Under the pieces are notes generated by a model that made no database searches, was not told the origin of the DNA, and saw only the letters and a list, made by a program, of their open reading frames with translations. The position numbers and the translations under genes are program-made. 64,000 nucleotides of DNA from positions 186,001 through 250,000 of the forward strand of contig OZ287086.1 in assembly GCA_965645245.1 (NCBI GenBank), given 5' to 3'. Each line of letters starts with the position of its first letter. Position 1 is the stretch's first letter. This document shows positions 38,440 to 50,810 of the stretch, piece after piece. The DNA is from Massalongia carnosa. Taxonomy: Eukaryota.

Positions 38440-39738
38440 CCGTATTAATTGACATATAAGACCCTGGTTTTATAGGGGGGTAGTCCGTCAAAGGGTCAAT
38501 TAGAACAGGGTTTTATAGGTAGGGGAGTTTTATAAGTGGGTGAGGTTTTATAGGGGGTTAGATATTAGTCAGCTGGATAGACAACGCGAAAACGCATACT
38601 AATTTAATATTTCTCCCCGATTTTTCGACCTTTGGATGGGACAAAAGGCTAGCCACATTGATGGTCTATGTTTCTGCTAATGGTGTGAATCGCTGCAAAT
38701 CTCTTCTTTTATTTCAGGGTTAAGATGTCGTCAAGAACAGTCGCATCAAAAAAAAATGCAGCAGTATGATTCAGGGGTGGTGGTTCAATGGAACGCAATG
38801 GCTTACTGCAATACAAAAGTCATGATTCGATTGCTAAAACAGCAGTATAAATTCGCAACTATAGGATTTTCAAATATTAATACTCGACGATTTTTATCCT
38901 TAGATGTATTTGCGGGACAAAAAACCGACGAGGTTTGTAATTGAATTCAATGCTACTTCAGATTACTAACAAATTGACTGGTTAAACAAGTCTTTCGAGA
39001 TTTGAATGTCACGGCCTCGTTTTTTCCATCCGGCTGTACCGGATTTGTGCGGGTTCTCGACGTAGCCATCAATAAACCTCTGAAAAATAGAATTTTCGAG
39101 CTGGCCGACATTCATTATGACGAGAATTTCGAGAAGTGGAACAAAGGCTCATACACGGTTGGTGAACGACGGATTATGCTAACACACTTGGTGGGTCAGG
39201 CATGGAGGGATATTCATCGCGAGAATGCCTCTCTGATTCGTCAGACCTTTCGAAAGCTTGGATTATCTTTAGCTATAGATGGTTCGGAAATAACGAGCTC
39301 TCAATCAAAGACATTCCAGACGTAAAAGTCGGAGAATGGAGGCTTCCGGCCGGTCAGGAGGCTATACAAGAGGTGGAAGAGCCCGACGCGGTCGATAATA
39401 TTCAGAAGGCCGTTGATGAGGTGCAGATAGAGGATGAAAATAAATTTGTTTTGGAAGGTGAACAGGGTGCTCAATTGATTGTTTCAGACGATGAAACAAA
39501 TGATCATGATGATAGCGAGATAGACGTAGAGGAAGATTGATTTTCTGAGAATTTTTGGGAGAACTCTGTTAGTTTTACATACAAAATTGCCCTATAGCTT
39601 ACAAATCATTCCAAATTGTCCCAAATATGGTTTTATAGGTCAGACCCCCCCTCAGTCAGAAAACAGTCATTTTGAACAGGGTTTTATAGGTAGGGGGGTT
39701 TTATATAAAAGTAGGGTCTTATATGTCAATTAATACGG
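38440..39738 (+). mobile_element. Internally deleted pogo/Tc1-mariner element
   Basis: TIR CCGTATTAATTGACATATAAGACCCT at both ends, TA TSD; partial DDE_1 (LSLDVF, PSGCTGFVRVLDVAINKPLK); no N-terminal HTH seen. Confidence 0.92.
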
Positions 39739-40213
39739 TAATAGATTGCGTGCTGGGGGCGACGATGAGGTTGAAGGTGAAACAGAAGGTGAAACAAATT
39801 GTAAAATTCACGATGTTGCAATGTTATTGCGCTCGGGTCGGCTAATATTGGGTACAATAGGTTTAGGAGAAAAATTAGTTATGGAGAGAATTGAAAATGC
39901 GTCTATCCTCTCCGACGACGACGACGAGGTGCAGTATATAAGCACTCAGCCCATTCTCGGCCGCTCTATGGATCCTATGTTTCCTTCGGATGACGAAAAT
40001 GATATTATTCTTACATCAGAAGCATGGTCGGATTCGCTCGAAGATATTGACGATGTGCTTGCCAAGCATAGTCAAAAAGCCCTACCTCAGGCAGCGCCGG
40101 CTCCATCTCTTTATAGTCTTAGCCAAAACGTGCGCGCCAGTCAAATTCTCCCTACTTCCTCTGCAACAACGCGAAGGTCTCGGGGTGTGGCGAAGAAATC
40201 TAAGGCTCAGTTG

Positions 40214-40784
40214 TGTGACGAAGCGAGATAGTGAATAGATTTCTACCATTGCGCCACCTGTCCTTCCCGACCAAAAGGCACAATACTTAGTCCGCAGACC
40301 AAGCTCTATTCTACTATAACTGGGACTCCTGCTATGTTCGCTGTAGGTCCTGCCGTCCGCACCACGCTTGGTCGAACCGTTACACTACCGCCCGTCTAGC
40401 TGCGGCTAGCCCCTAGCCGCTTCCAGTTATAGTTAGCCCCGAAGAATGGGCTCTTCTTAGCGTACTGCCCTCGCCGATCCGACTTAGAGAGTTTTCATCC
40501 AACGCTTTCCCGTTTCGTCCTAGCTTCAGTCCGTCGAAGCAAGGCGAAAAAGCGAGGAACTCAGGTCAGGAATCGAACTCACGACTGGTACACCGATTGA
40601 TGACTAAGTATTCTATGACGAAGCGAGATAGTGAATAGATTTCTACCATTGCGCCACCTGTCCTTCCCGACCAAAAGGCACAATACTTAGTCCGCAGACC
40701 AAGCTCTATTCTACTATAACTGGGACTCCTGCTATGTTCGCTGTAGGTCCTGCCGTCCGCACCACGCTTGGTCGAACTGTTACA
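40214..40784 (-). mobile_element. TRIM copy 2 (571 bp)
   Basis: Near-identical reverse complement of 28207-28777; TSD AGTTG. Confidence 0.95.
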
Positions 40785-41299
40785 AGTTGGAGTTGGAATC
40801 TCAGCAAAGAGTCGAGAAATCAGTCAAACAGGCTAGAACTCAAGTGAGAAAGGTGGCCAAAACCATGAAGCCTAGAAAAGATGATGTATCGCAATTGGCT
40901 GACGAGTTTTTGGAGTTGAAGTCATCGCAATAGCTAGATTTGTAGGTGTTGAATACACTTAGTCACTAATAGCAACATTATTAATACGTAGTGTAACTGC
41001 TAGCTTGTACGCACCCTGGATGAGTAGTAAAATGGCGACTGTCCCTAAGAATCTCGTTGCTTTTAGATATGGCACCGAAGACTCCGCGCAAGCGTACGAG
41101 CAAACCTGCGCGAATTCCAAACCGAACACTCGACAGAATACCCGGACCAGGTGCCAGAACTGGTGCGATAAGAAAACCAACCACCAGGAAGAGTATGCCT
41201 GGTGGTAAGTAGATGGTATAGTTGAGAATACATAAGATACTAACGCCGATCGCCACGTTGATAAGTCAAGGTTATTGATTACCATTACTAAGCATGTGA

Positions 41300-41393
41300 T
41301 TTGGGTAACCCAATGAAAACCCAACCCGAACCCAACCCAACCCAACAATAACCCAACCCGAACCCAACCCAACCCAACCCATTCCGCGGCGTA
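41300..41393. mobile_element. Orphan hAT-like terminus with AACCC subterminal repeats
   Basis: Ends ...CCCATTCCGCGGCGTA, related to the MITE TIR; abuts the broken 3' end of LINE copy 2. Confidence 0.65.
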
Positions 41394-41628
41394 GCTGTCA
41401 GCGAAAATTGTGACAACAAACCTGTCTTTATTAGCCACTTTGTGACTAATTTCATTGCTTTAGATGACTCAGTGATTAATCGATAGTTGTTTGTGCCTAT
41501 CGTATTTAGCAGAGTTTTTATGTTGTCGTTGAGCTTGCAAAACATGATCACATGTTTTGCAGTTTGTGTGTGCCAGCCACATGAGCAGTTTGGGGACGAG
41601 ACTTTTGGGACTCGGTATCTATGTAGGA

Positions 41629-42053
41629 TGTCACGGAATCGCTTCGCACCCTCCCGCTTGTCCTGATCGGGTTAGTATTTTAACAGGGCCCATTGCTGTC
41701 ATCCATCGTGCTCAGGCGTTCTTCTGCCGCCCTCAGCGCACTATCAATCTCCTACAATCCGTATCCAATCTCAACGTCTCCACTATCTAGGCTTATGACT
41801 GAGAGTGTTTCAGCACAGATAAAGGCGGGATAGGTCAAAGCAATCATGTTAAGGAAATTAGTACAGGAACAGATATGGGGCAAGTCGAGAATAGGAGAGT
41901 TGAAAGCCATGGCTATAAAGTCTATGTGGTTTCCCAGGTGTTTAGAGCTCTTCATCGGACGTCTTGTGTATTATTCTCTACTTCTAGTTTTAGCATATCT
42001 AGATATCCGTTCTGCAAGATAGAGTCTTGTATCTCTCCAGCCCTCCCCTGACA
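41629..42053. repeat. Solo LTR (425 bp) inside LINE ORF2
   Basis: TGTCA...TGACA, TSD TAGGA; absent from LINE copy 1 at the homologous site. Confidence 0.92.
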
Positions 42054-45000
42054 TAGGAAGGCGGCTAGGCCTATCTTTTCTGAGCGTATCTGAATAGCTA
42101 GCGCGCTCTCCGCTTTGGCTAGAGTTTCGTGCAATTTTATGCGTTTTTTGGAGAGTGAACCTGATTGTGCCGGGGTGGGAACGGGTATGCGTTCCTGATA
42201 TAATCTCCACGAGGACTGCCATGTAACTGTGTGTCATTTTTTGATTCGAGCAGTTATTTTGTTATGAGCGGCGCGTGCCTCCCCTATTTCTCGGGTGAGA
42301 TTCGGGGGGAATTCGGCCCATGGTGGATTTGTTGTCGCTATTGGAGGGTTATATGCCTCCGATGTGATTCTCTAGGCCCAGGCGTATTTCAACGTTCCTG
42401 GAGTGATGACTGGGGCCCTCTTGCGTCCTGCCCGACCTCGAAGTTTATTGGCTATTTTGTTGCATGCATTTGTGATGAAACTCTTTTGACCATTTCGACA
42501 TAGGCGTTGTCTGGTCTGGGCTTGTAGTTGATCTAAAATCTGAGGCTATAAATGTCTCTGCATCTAGTACTGCTATGAGCGTTGCTTCGAAGGCTCCGGC
42601 TATGTTTCTTAGACATTTGTTTTGTATGACAGCCAGTTTGTTTGAGATGACGTTTGATTTTTGAATTTCTTTTGGCATGTGCCAAATGGTGGAGCCGTAC
42701 GTCATCGCCGGCCTGACAACGGCGGTGTAAACCTGGCGTGCCTTTAGAAGAGTGGCGCCCCATGTGGAGGTGGATATTTTTGTCAATTCCATAGATTGTT
42801 TTGTCATTTTTTCCTGGATTTTCCTTGTATGAGCACCCCATTTCAATTTCAAATCGATTTGAAGTCCTAGAATTCTGATGTCTGTCTTTGGTTTTATGAT
42901 TTTATTTCCTATTTGAATAACAGTGAACATGTTGAATTTCTTCCGATTTCTTGACAGATGTATCAATTCGTATTTCTTCGGAGCGAAGACTGAACCATGT
43001 CGACTTGCCCATTTTTCATATTTTTTGTGAATTACCTCAAGCGTCTTGCAACTTTCTTCGATGCTTTTTCCGTATGCTAGCACATTGATGTCATCTACGA
43101 AGCCTAGAGCACTCGTGTTGCTGCCTGATCTTTCACATATGTCTAGTAGGTCTGCATTGTAGAACAGATAAAGAATAGGGGAAATAGGAGAGCCTTGATG
43201 GATTCCGGTTTTTACATCGAATATGCCCGTGACTCGGTTGTAAATCGCCAGGGTAGTGCTTCTTTCATTCAGAAAACTGTTCTCCCAGTCAGTGATCCAT
43301 TTTAGGATTTTCCTTTTGCGAAGATTGTGAATCAGTCTTCGATGTGTCACTGTGTCATAGGCTCCTGCTACGTCCATGCTCAATAATATAGCTTCTTTGT
43401 CTGTGCCTTGGCCCCACACTGTATGAATTTGTTCAGTCAACAATTCTAGTGCAGATTCGGTTGATTTTCCTCCTCTGGCGCCTATCCATCTGAGTGCCGG
43501 GCAGGAGTCGATGGGTTTCCGCTAGATGGGTTATTTTTTGTGACATGATAGATTCCATTACTTTTCCAAGCGTGTTTAGGAGTACTGTGGGTCGATATGC
43601 GTTCGGGCCGAATAGTCATCCTTTCCTGTTTTCTTGATCGTGATTTTGTTGCCGGTTTTGAATGCAGGAGGATAATATGCTTGTTCTACACATGCTTGAA
43701 ACAGTGGGGTGAGTAATTCGACTAGCTTTTCCGAGCATGCCTTTACAACTCTGTTGGCTATTCCGTCCGGACCCGGGGCCGTATCGGGCTTGAGTCGGCG
43801 TATGGCTTCCATCACCTCTAGTTTGGTTATGATCATTAGACATTGTGGCGGGCTAGGGTAAAATAAACCCTCCATATCGCTGAGGTGGGCCGGAGGGGCG
43901 GGTGGAAAGAATTTCTGTTTTAGCATGTCCGATTTTTCCTCGAACGTCTCTGCTACTTGGTCGTCTGGAACGAGATTGGGAATTTTGGGAATTTCTCTTG
44001 TCTGGTCACTTTTGTCTTTCGCCTATTTGGCTAGTCGCCAGAGACCAGTCGTCGATTCGGTGGCTTTTTCTATTTCCTTGCGGAACAAAAGTCTTTTAGC
44101 CTTTTGAATAATTTTTTGTTTTCTGTGATTGGATTTTGTGTATGTTATACAATCAAAAATGTCTCTGGAATTGGACCAGACACGTCTGATCCTACGAGTT
44201 TCTTTCGTGATTACACTGCATTTATCATTCCAAAAGGGTTTGGCGTACTTACTGGGTCTAGCCCAAGGTACATAGGTTTCTATCACTTCTTGAAGAAATT
44301 TTTGAATTGAAATTGTGTAAGTATCGATTTCGGCGGAGGATCGGGGATTCTTCGGGGGGGGCGCCCTCTTTTCCGCTTCTCCCAGTTTTCTCATGTTCGT
44401 CAGTTTCTAGGCCCTGCGTTCTCTAATTGTTTGAACCTCACTATTCAGGGCAATTCGGGTGGAGATCGGAATTTGATCGGACGACTTATTGAGTTCCGGT
44501 CTTGACATGCAATGTTCTTGTCTATCCGTTAATTCTTCGGACATGAATACAAGATCGATTGTGCTAGACGATTGTCTAGCCTCCCATGTAATGGTGTCTT
44601 TTGGAAGTGTTAGTGATTGATTTGCCTCTTCAATTATGTTCAGTAATTTTTCCGACTCCGCATATTGAGTAGGCCTCGGCGAATGATTCCACATTAGATG
44701 ATGTAGGTTGAAGTCGCCCAGTAAAATGTGTTTTGTCTCTGCAATTAATTGGCGTTTCACTGTTGCTAGCGTGGACGGACTGTCTATAGAAGAATAGGAA
44801 ATGGGAAAGGGATTATACACATTATGGATGTGGATCACGTCTGATGTGTTTCCAATTTTCATTCGAATTTTTAGAGTGCACATGTCGGCTGACCGATACT
44901 CTACTTCTCAGCTATCAGGGTCAATAGTATCATTTATGTAGAAACACACTCTGGTATCTCTATTTTGGCGATATAATAAATGAACCCCACTTTGATAAGA

Positions 45001-46807
45001 GCTTAACGTGTTAGGAATAGATAGATTGCGCCAGGGTTCCTGAGTTGCGATAATTTCATAGTCTTGAGTATTCGGATCGGCTAAGAGGGGTAACATTGTA
45101 CTCACTCTGTTATTTCTGACAATGTACTGCAATATGGAGAGAGATTTCGTGTCCCTCATAGGACGTCCATTGATTCGGCCTGGGCGGTCGAGGGGTCGTT
45201 GGTGGTGTTGTTTACTCTGATTATCGCCGGGGCAGTAGATACAGCTCGGGGTCTGAGTGGGGGTCTACCTACAACTGGTTTTGCAAGGGTCTTTGTCATG
45301 TTTTCTGGATTCATGATGCCCGTGTCAGCCCAGGATGGTCCTGTTCGTGGGGGATTCGGGGGGATATCGGAGGAGGGTGCGGTTTTCCTCTTTTTGCTGT
45401 TTGTGCTGCCAAGGACCGGGTTGATGTTTTCGCTCTGGAACCTGATCGAGGCCGGTACGGTGGCAACTAGTGGGTAGAATAGGACCCGTTTTTGCATAGA
45501 CCTCTCTGCTTTGCGTTTTTCGGCTTTCCTGATTTCGCAGGATGTTGACCAGGCTTCGTGCCCCTTTTCACTGCATGCTTCACATCTTCGTTATCTGCCT
45601 GTTGTTTCCATATTGCATTCGGTGCTAGGATGAGCCCCAGCACAGTGACCGCAGACAGTGGGGTTGGGACATGATCGACCTATATGATGTAATACGGATG
45701 GCGCTAGAGGGATACGTGATCGCCTATGGCGGTTGCGGGATTAACTAGCGTGGACCATGCCGTAGTACGAAGTCGCATAAGCCGTCGAGGCTAACACACT
45801 GCCATCTTGCCCCGAAACTTCGGAGTTATTGTTATCACGTTCTTGACTACTTACAGATCAAACACCTGTCGAGGCCGTGGTGGTAGATTGCCATGGAGTG
45901 TAAGGCGGACTCCTGTGGAGACGCCAAGGAACTCTATATGGGATCTACTGGCCTACTCGGAGCTACTGGATCTCTTGATGGTTCAAGAGAGGTAGCAGGA
46001 GGCACGGCTCGCTGGACGCAGCTTGAGCTAGGCTCCCCGGTGTAAACTTCAGCTTCAACCTTTATTACTACGTTGGTAGTGATGTCGGCTGAATGAACCT
46101 ACATGACCTCGTTGTCTAGACCTTGTGTTTAGAGGCAGGTCCGCAGTGTAGCGAGGTATTCAGTCGGAGGTAACCTTCCATCACTAGGTAGTGGTGACGG
46201 CGAAATGAAGCTACATAGCCTGAGGCATGTAGTGAGGGATCTAGCCGGGGGTAGAATTGTTCTACCTTGCAAGGGAAGGTCTAGAAGGCTGCTCGAGGCT
46301 GACTAGATGATCCAGCGAACGCCGAGTTCGTGGATGGATCCTGAGGGATGGTTGGATGTAATGCGATAAAGTCGGATGTGGATTGCAAGGCTGTAATGCT
46401 CGCAAGACTCCCAAGGCTTGCAAGGCTCCTAAGGTTCCAAGGCTCCCAAGGCTATAGGCTTGGGGTGAGTAGGATAAATATCAGAACGAATCTTGTAGTA
46501 TTCGTTAGCAATTAGTCTTTATTCTATGAACAACCTACGTTTGGGTCTCGGACGAGATCTCTTGGTCTAAGCACTTCCACATCCATTAGTTCTTTGGATC
46601 ACGTAAACTCTCGGAGACTAGCACGTAGTAGCTATCTTCCTCCTCTCACGCTGAGCATTTCCCCTTTCGAGATCAGTGTCGCTCGTGATAAGCTTACTGG
46701 TCTCGTAGCCCATTACAATTCTAATTGCTCTCATACCCTACGGGTCAGCCAGCCCGTTTGGAGGAAGCTTAGCTAGTGGAGCCATCTGTTCTTGAACTCC
46801 GCAAACG

Positions 46808-47959
46808 ATGTCTTCAAGCTCTCGCCCTCGCAGGAACGTTCGGCAAGGTCCAACAAGATCTCCCCAGGCAGAAGATACTTCAAGGCCTGCGGAAGAGACA
46901 CCGGCACCAAGCACTGAGGAAGCTACGGGCCCTGCCATATACACCGAGGAAGATCTGCAGCGAATCACAAAGCTCTGCATGGAGTCGTTCCTCCAGGGAC
47001 AAGGCAGTCGACATGAAGGCCCCCGAGAAGGTCAGTTGAAAGCTCGGTTCCCGGATCTCTACTATGGGAAGTCCCATATGGAGTGTTACCATTTCTGCCA
47101 ACAATGCGAAGACCACTTTGACACCGCCGGCGCCACTGGGTCTAACCGTACCCCCTTTGCCGCATCTTTCCTTCGTGGCCGGATTAGCTTTCGTTGGCAC
47201 CAGCACAAACGTCGAAGCCAAGGCGAAGAGGTAGGACCTTTGTCTTGGATCGAGTTCAAGGCTTTCCTTCGGAAGAATCTTGGAGACTCCAGGGCTTTTG
47301 TGGACGCAACCTGGAGTAGGATCAAGCGGGACTCACAGTATCAACAAGAAGAAGTTCAGGATTGGGCTTCTCACCTGGAACATCTGCAATCGATACTCCT
47401 GGAATTTGATGCTGAGGGAGCTCCAGAGGAGTCGGACCTTATTCGGTACTTTCGTGAAGGCCTCAAGCCTTCGATAAAGGCCCAGATGGAACAACGAGGA
47501 AGGGAACTAGACAGTTGGGAGGAGCTGGTCGAAAAAGCGATCGATGCTGAGGCAAAAGCTAGCCTGCAGCCGCAATCGATCCTTCGTGAGATGGATCAGC
47601 GCTGTCCACATGGAAACCGGCCCGCTCATGCCACTGTGGCCAAACCCCAGACCTCTACTCGAGACCCTCGAGACGAGCCTAGCGAAAAGCCCAAACCGTC
47701 GGGTCCGAAGCAATTAAACTCCTCGCGCCCAGAGAACAGCGAGATTGCTGACAAGAAAGCTCGGAGAGAAAAGAAAAGGCAGCGACGTCTTGATCAAGCT
47801 CGAGATCGGAAAGGCTCGGAGTCCACTCCGGCCACCGGTGCCAACACTTCCAGCGGCACCAGCAAGGACTTGTCCCAAATCACCTGCTTCAACTGCAACA
47901 AGAAGGGACACTACTCAAGTACTTGTCGCGAGTCCAAGAAGGACGCCTCAAAAAACTAG
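46808..47959 (+). CDS. gag: Gag (383 aa) with CCHC zinc knuckle
   Basis: Intact ORF; FREGLKPSIK and CFNCNKKGHYSSTC. Confidence 0.93.
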   Translation: MSSSSRPRRNVRQGPTRSPQAEDTSRPAEETPAPSTEEATGPAIYTEEDLQRITKLCMESFLQGQGSRHEGPREGQLKARFPDLYYGKSHMECYHFCQQCEDHFDTAGATGSNRTPFAASFLRGRISFRWHQHKRRSQGEEVGPLSWIEFKAFLRKNLGDSRAFVDATWSRIKRDSQYQQEEVQDWASHLEHLQSILLEFDAEGAPEESDLIRYFREGLKPSIKAQMEQRGRELDSWEELVEKAIDAEAKASLQPQSILREMDQRCPHGNRPAHATVAKPQTSTRDPRDEPSEKPKPSGPKQLNSSRPENSEIADKKARREKKRQRRLDQARDRKGSESTPATGANTSSGTSKDLSQITCFNCNKKGHYSSTCRESKKDASKN

Positions 47960-50345
47960 TATCGGTCTTGGCAACCTCCGTGCCTCCGACTGAAACTAGT
48001 AAGGAGGCTAATCTTGAGCGGGTTCCTTGTATTCGATATCCGGTCCGTTTGAGGAAGGATCAAGACGAGGTAGAAGCTTTGATAGATTCCGGCAGCGAGG
48101 TCAATGCAATGCACCCCGCTTATGCCGCGAAACTAGGGCTTCGTGTTAGGGAAACAGATGTTGGGGCGCAGAAGATTGATGGATCTCACCTGGATACCTT
48201 CGGTATGGTTATCGCAGGGTTCTCGGTCGAGGATAAGCTAGGGAAGGTTCGATTCTTCCAGGAAACCTTCTTGTTGGCTAATATTAGCCTGGAGGTGGTC
48301 CTGGGAATGCCTTTTCTTACACTCAGCAGTGTGGATATACGGTTTCTAGAGCGAGAGCTTGCCTGGAGAACTTACACAGCTGCCGAGGCTTTACCAACAA
48401 CCAGACGTGTGGAGATCATCGATAAGGAAGAGTTCGCGGAGACGGTCCTTGGAGGAGACGATGAGGCATATGTGGTGCATGTAATGGCCGTAAGCAAGCC
48501 ATCGTCCATGCCGATCCACGCCTCTCGCCAGGCCCAAGTAGCCTCGCTAGTGAGCGAGGAGGCCAATATCCCCGTTGAATATTCCGACTTCTCTGACGTT
48601 TTCTCCCCTGACTCTGCAGCGGAACTACCGGAGCACACCGGCTTTAACGACCATCCTATCGATCTAGTAGATGGTAAGCAGCCACCTTATGGCCCAATCT
48701 ACAGCCTAGGTCCTATGGAACTAGAGACACTGAAAACCTATATTGAAACCAACCTAGCCAGCGGTTTTATTAGGCCTTCTCAATCTCCGGCTGGTGCTCC
48801 TATACTGTTCATCCGCAAAAAGGACGGTAGTCTCCGCCTGTGTGTGGATTATCGAGGACTCAATACCCTGACAATCAAGAATCGGTACCCGTTGCCCTTG
48901 ATTGGAGAGTCGCTTGATCGACTAGGCCGTGCCAAGCGATTTACGCAGCTAGATCTCACGAACGCGTATCATCGGATGCGAATTCGAGAGGGTGATGAAT
49001 GGAAGACAGCCTTTAGGACTCGATATGGTCACTTCGAGTATCAGGTTATGCCCTTCGGCCTTTCCAATGCCCCAGCTAGTTTCCAGGGCTATATCAACAA
49101 AATTCTAGCAGAGAAACTCGACGTCTTTGTCATCGTATACTTAGATGACATCCTGATCTATACCGAGGACGTAGGTCAAGGCCATGTTGAGGCTGTTAAG
49201 TGGGTCTTGGAGAACCTCCGAAAAAACGGACTTTTTGCCAATCTAAAGAAGTGTCGTTTTCATCAAGATGAGGTTCGCTTCCTAGGCTACGTTGTCTCTG
49301 GCCAAGGAATTCGTATGGAAGAGGAAAGGATTGAAGCTGTCACGAACTGGCCAGAACCCAAGTCAGTACGAGGCGTCCAGGTGTTTATGGGATTCGCCAA
49401 CTTCTACCGGCGGTTCATCCGGGGGTTCAGCAAGATTGCTGCTCCACTCACCTCAATGCTCAAAACGAACTTGGTCGCCAACACTGGGCCATCCCCAAAG
49501 GCGAGGCGCGGAGCGGAAGAATCTTGTTTCCTAACTCCTGCCGCTAAGTTAGCCTTTGCCCAATTAAAGCAGGCGTTCACTGAAGCACCGATCCTCCGAC
49601 ATTTTGACCCTGAGCGCCACATCCGACTTGAGACGGACGCCTCGGGTTACGCCATAGGTGGCGTTCTTAGCCAGCTGGATATCGAAACCGGCCAATGGCA
49701 CCCAGTAGCGTATTTTTCTCGGAAAATGATTCCTGCGGAAACTCGTTACGAAACTCACGATGAGGAACTACTGGCCATCGTTGAAGCCTTTAAGAATTGG
49801 AGGCATTATCTCGAAGGTTGTAAGCATGAAGTTCTCGTGCTTACAGACCACAACAACCTGCGGCGATTTATGGATACGAAGAGTTTAAGCCCCCGCCGGG
49901 TTCGCTGGGCGCAAGAACTCTCTCGTTACAATTTCCGCATCGATTATCGTCAAAGCAAGGCTAATGGAGCTGCCGATGCTTTATCTCGCTATCCTCAGAG
50001 GAGCCAAGGCGAAGAGGAAGTGCTTCGAGCTGAGAATACTCGAATCCTTCACCGATTGCAGTCCTCACTGACCAGCGCCAGCATCTCTGGTATCACTAGT
50101 ACTCAGCATCTCACCCCTCCACACCACGTCATCATCTGCGGAACGCACGTCTTCCCTCAACTACGTCAGTTTTGGGATACGCTCCGCCAAGACTTGACCT
50201 CTGAAGGTCCTTACAAAGTCAGCATTGGTGGCATGAGGTTGAGGTTGCAGGAGTTGCAAGAGGAAGATACCCAAGCTCAGATGATTAGAGCAGAGAAGCT
50301 TGGAAAAGATGGCTGGGAAGACACCGATGGGATTTTGCATTATCA
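47950..50345 (+). CDS. pol: Pol (protease, RT, RNase H) in the -1 frame, intact up to the integrase deletion
   Basis: LIDSGS, LCVDYRGLN, YLDDILIY, LETDASG and ADALSR motifs; AAAAAAC heptamer just before the gag TAG. Confidence 0.93.
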
Positions 50346-50810
50346 AAGCAAGCCTACAAGCTGGAGCTTCCAAAGCGGTGGCGCATCCATGATGTCATTC
50401 ATGTATCACTGCTGGAGCAGGACACCACAAGGAAGGGGCGGGTGGACGAGAAGATCGCGGAGCAGCTGGAATTCGAAGCTGGTAACGATGAGGAGTACGA
50501 GGTTGAAGGCATTTTGGATAGCGCGGTCTACGCCAAGGAGTCAGAAGCTGGCCACCTACCAGGCCTCTACTATCTGGTCTCCTGTAAGGGCTATCCAGAG
50601 GATGAAAGTACGTGGGAACCGGCGGCAGCGATCAAACACTTACGGAAGATCGTCAAAGCCTACCATGAGGGTAACCCCACCAAGCCGACAGCAACCTCTC
50701 CTCCTATTGACACCGCACCGCCAATGGCTAAGCCGGCCGTTAAGCCTCAAGGCAAGAGGAAACGCGGCCGACAAGCTACCAGCACTCGGAGCAAGAAGGC
50801 GAAGAAGTAG
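50346..50810 (+). pseudogene. Out-of-frame integrase C-terminus and chromodomain
   Basis: KQAYKLELPKRWRIHDVIHVSLLE...EEYEVEGILDS..YYLVSCKGYPEDESTWEP. Confidence 0.9.

Larger units (their letters stand above)
37367..40933 (+). mobile_element. Probable MULE C-terminal relic, interrupted by a pogo element and a TRIM
   Basis: SWIM-like C..C..L.YGL and IPIPVSLIHPRW; charged C-terminal reading frame continues across both insertions; C-rich end at about 37367-37400; boundaries approximate. Confidence 0.55.

Noticed and set aside
41300..41385. Telomere-like (AACCC)n repeats
   Set aside because: The units are not CCCTAA and they end in a transposon TIR, so they are subterminal repeats.
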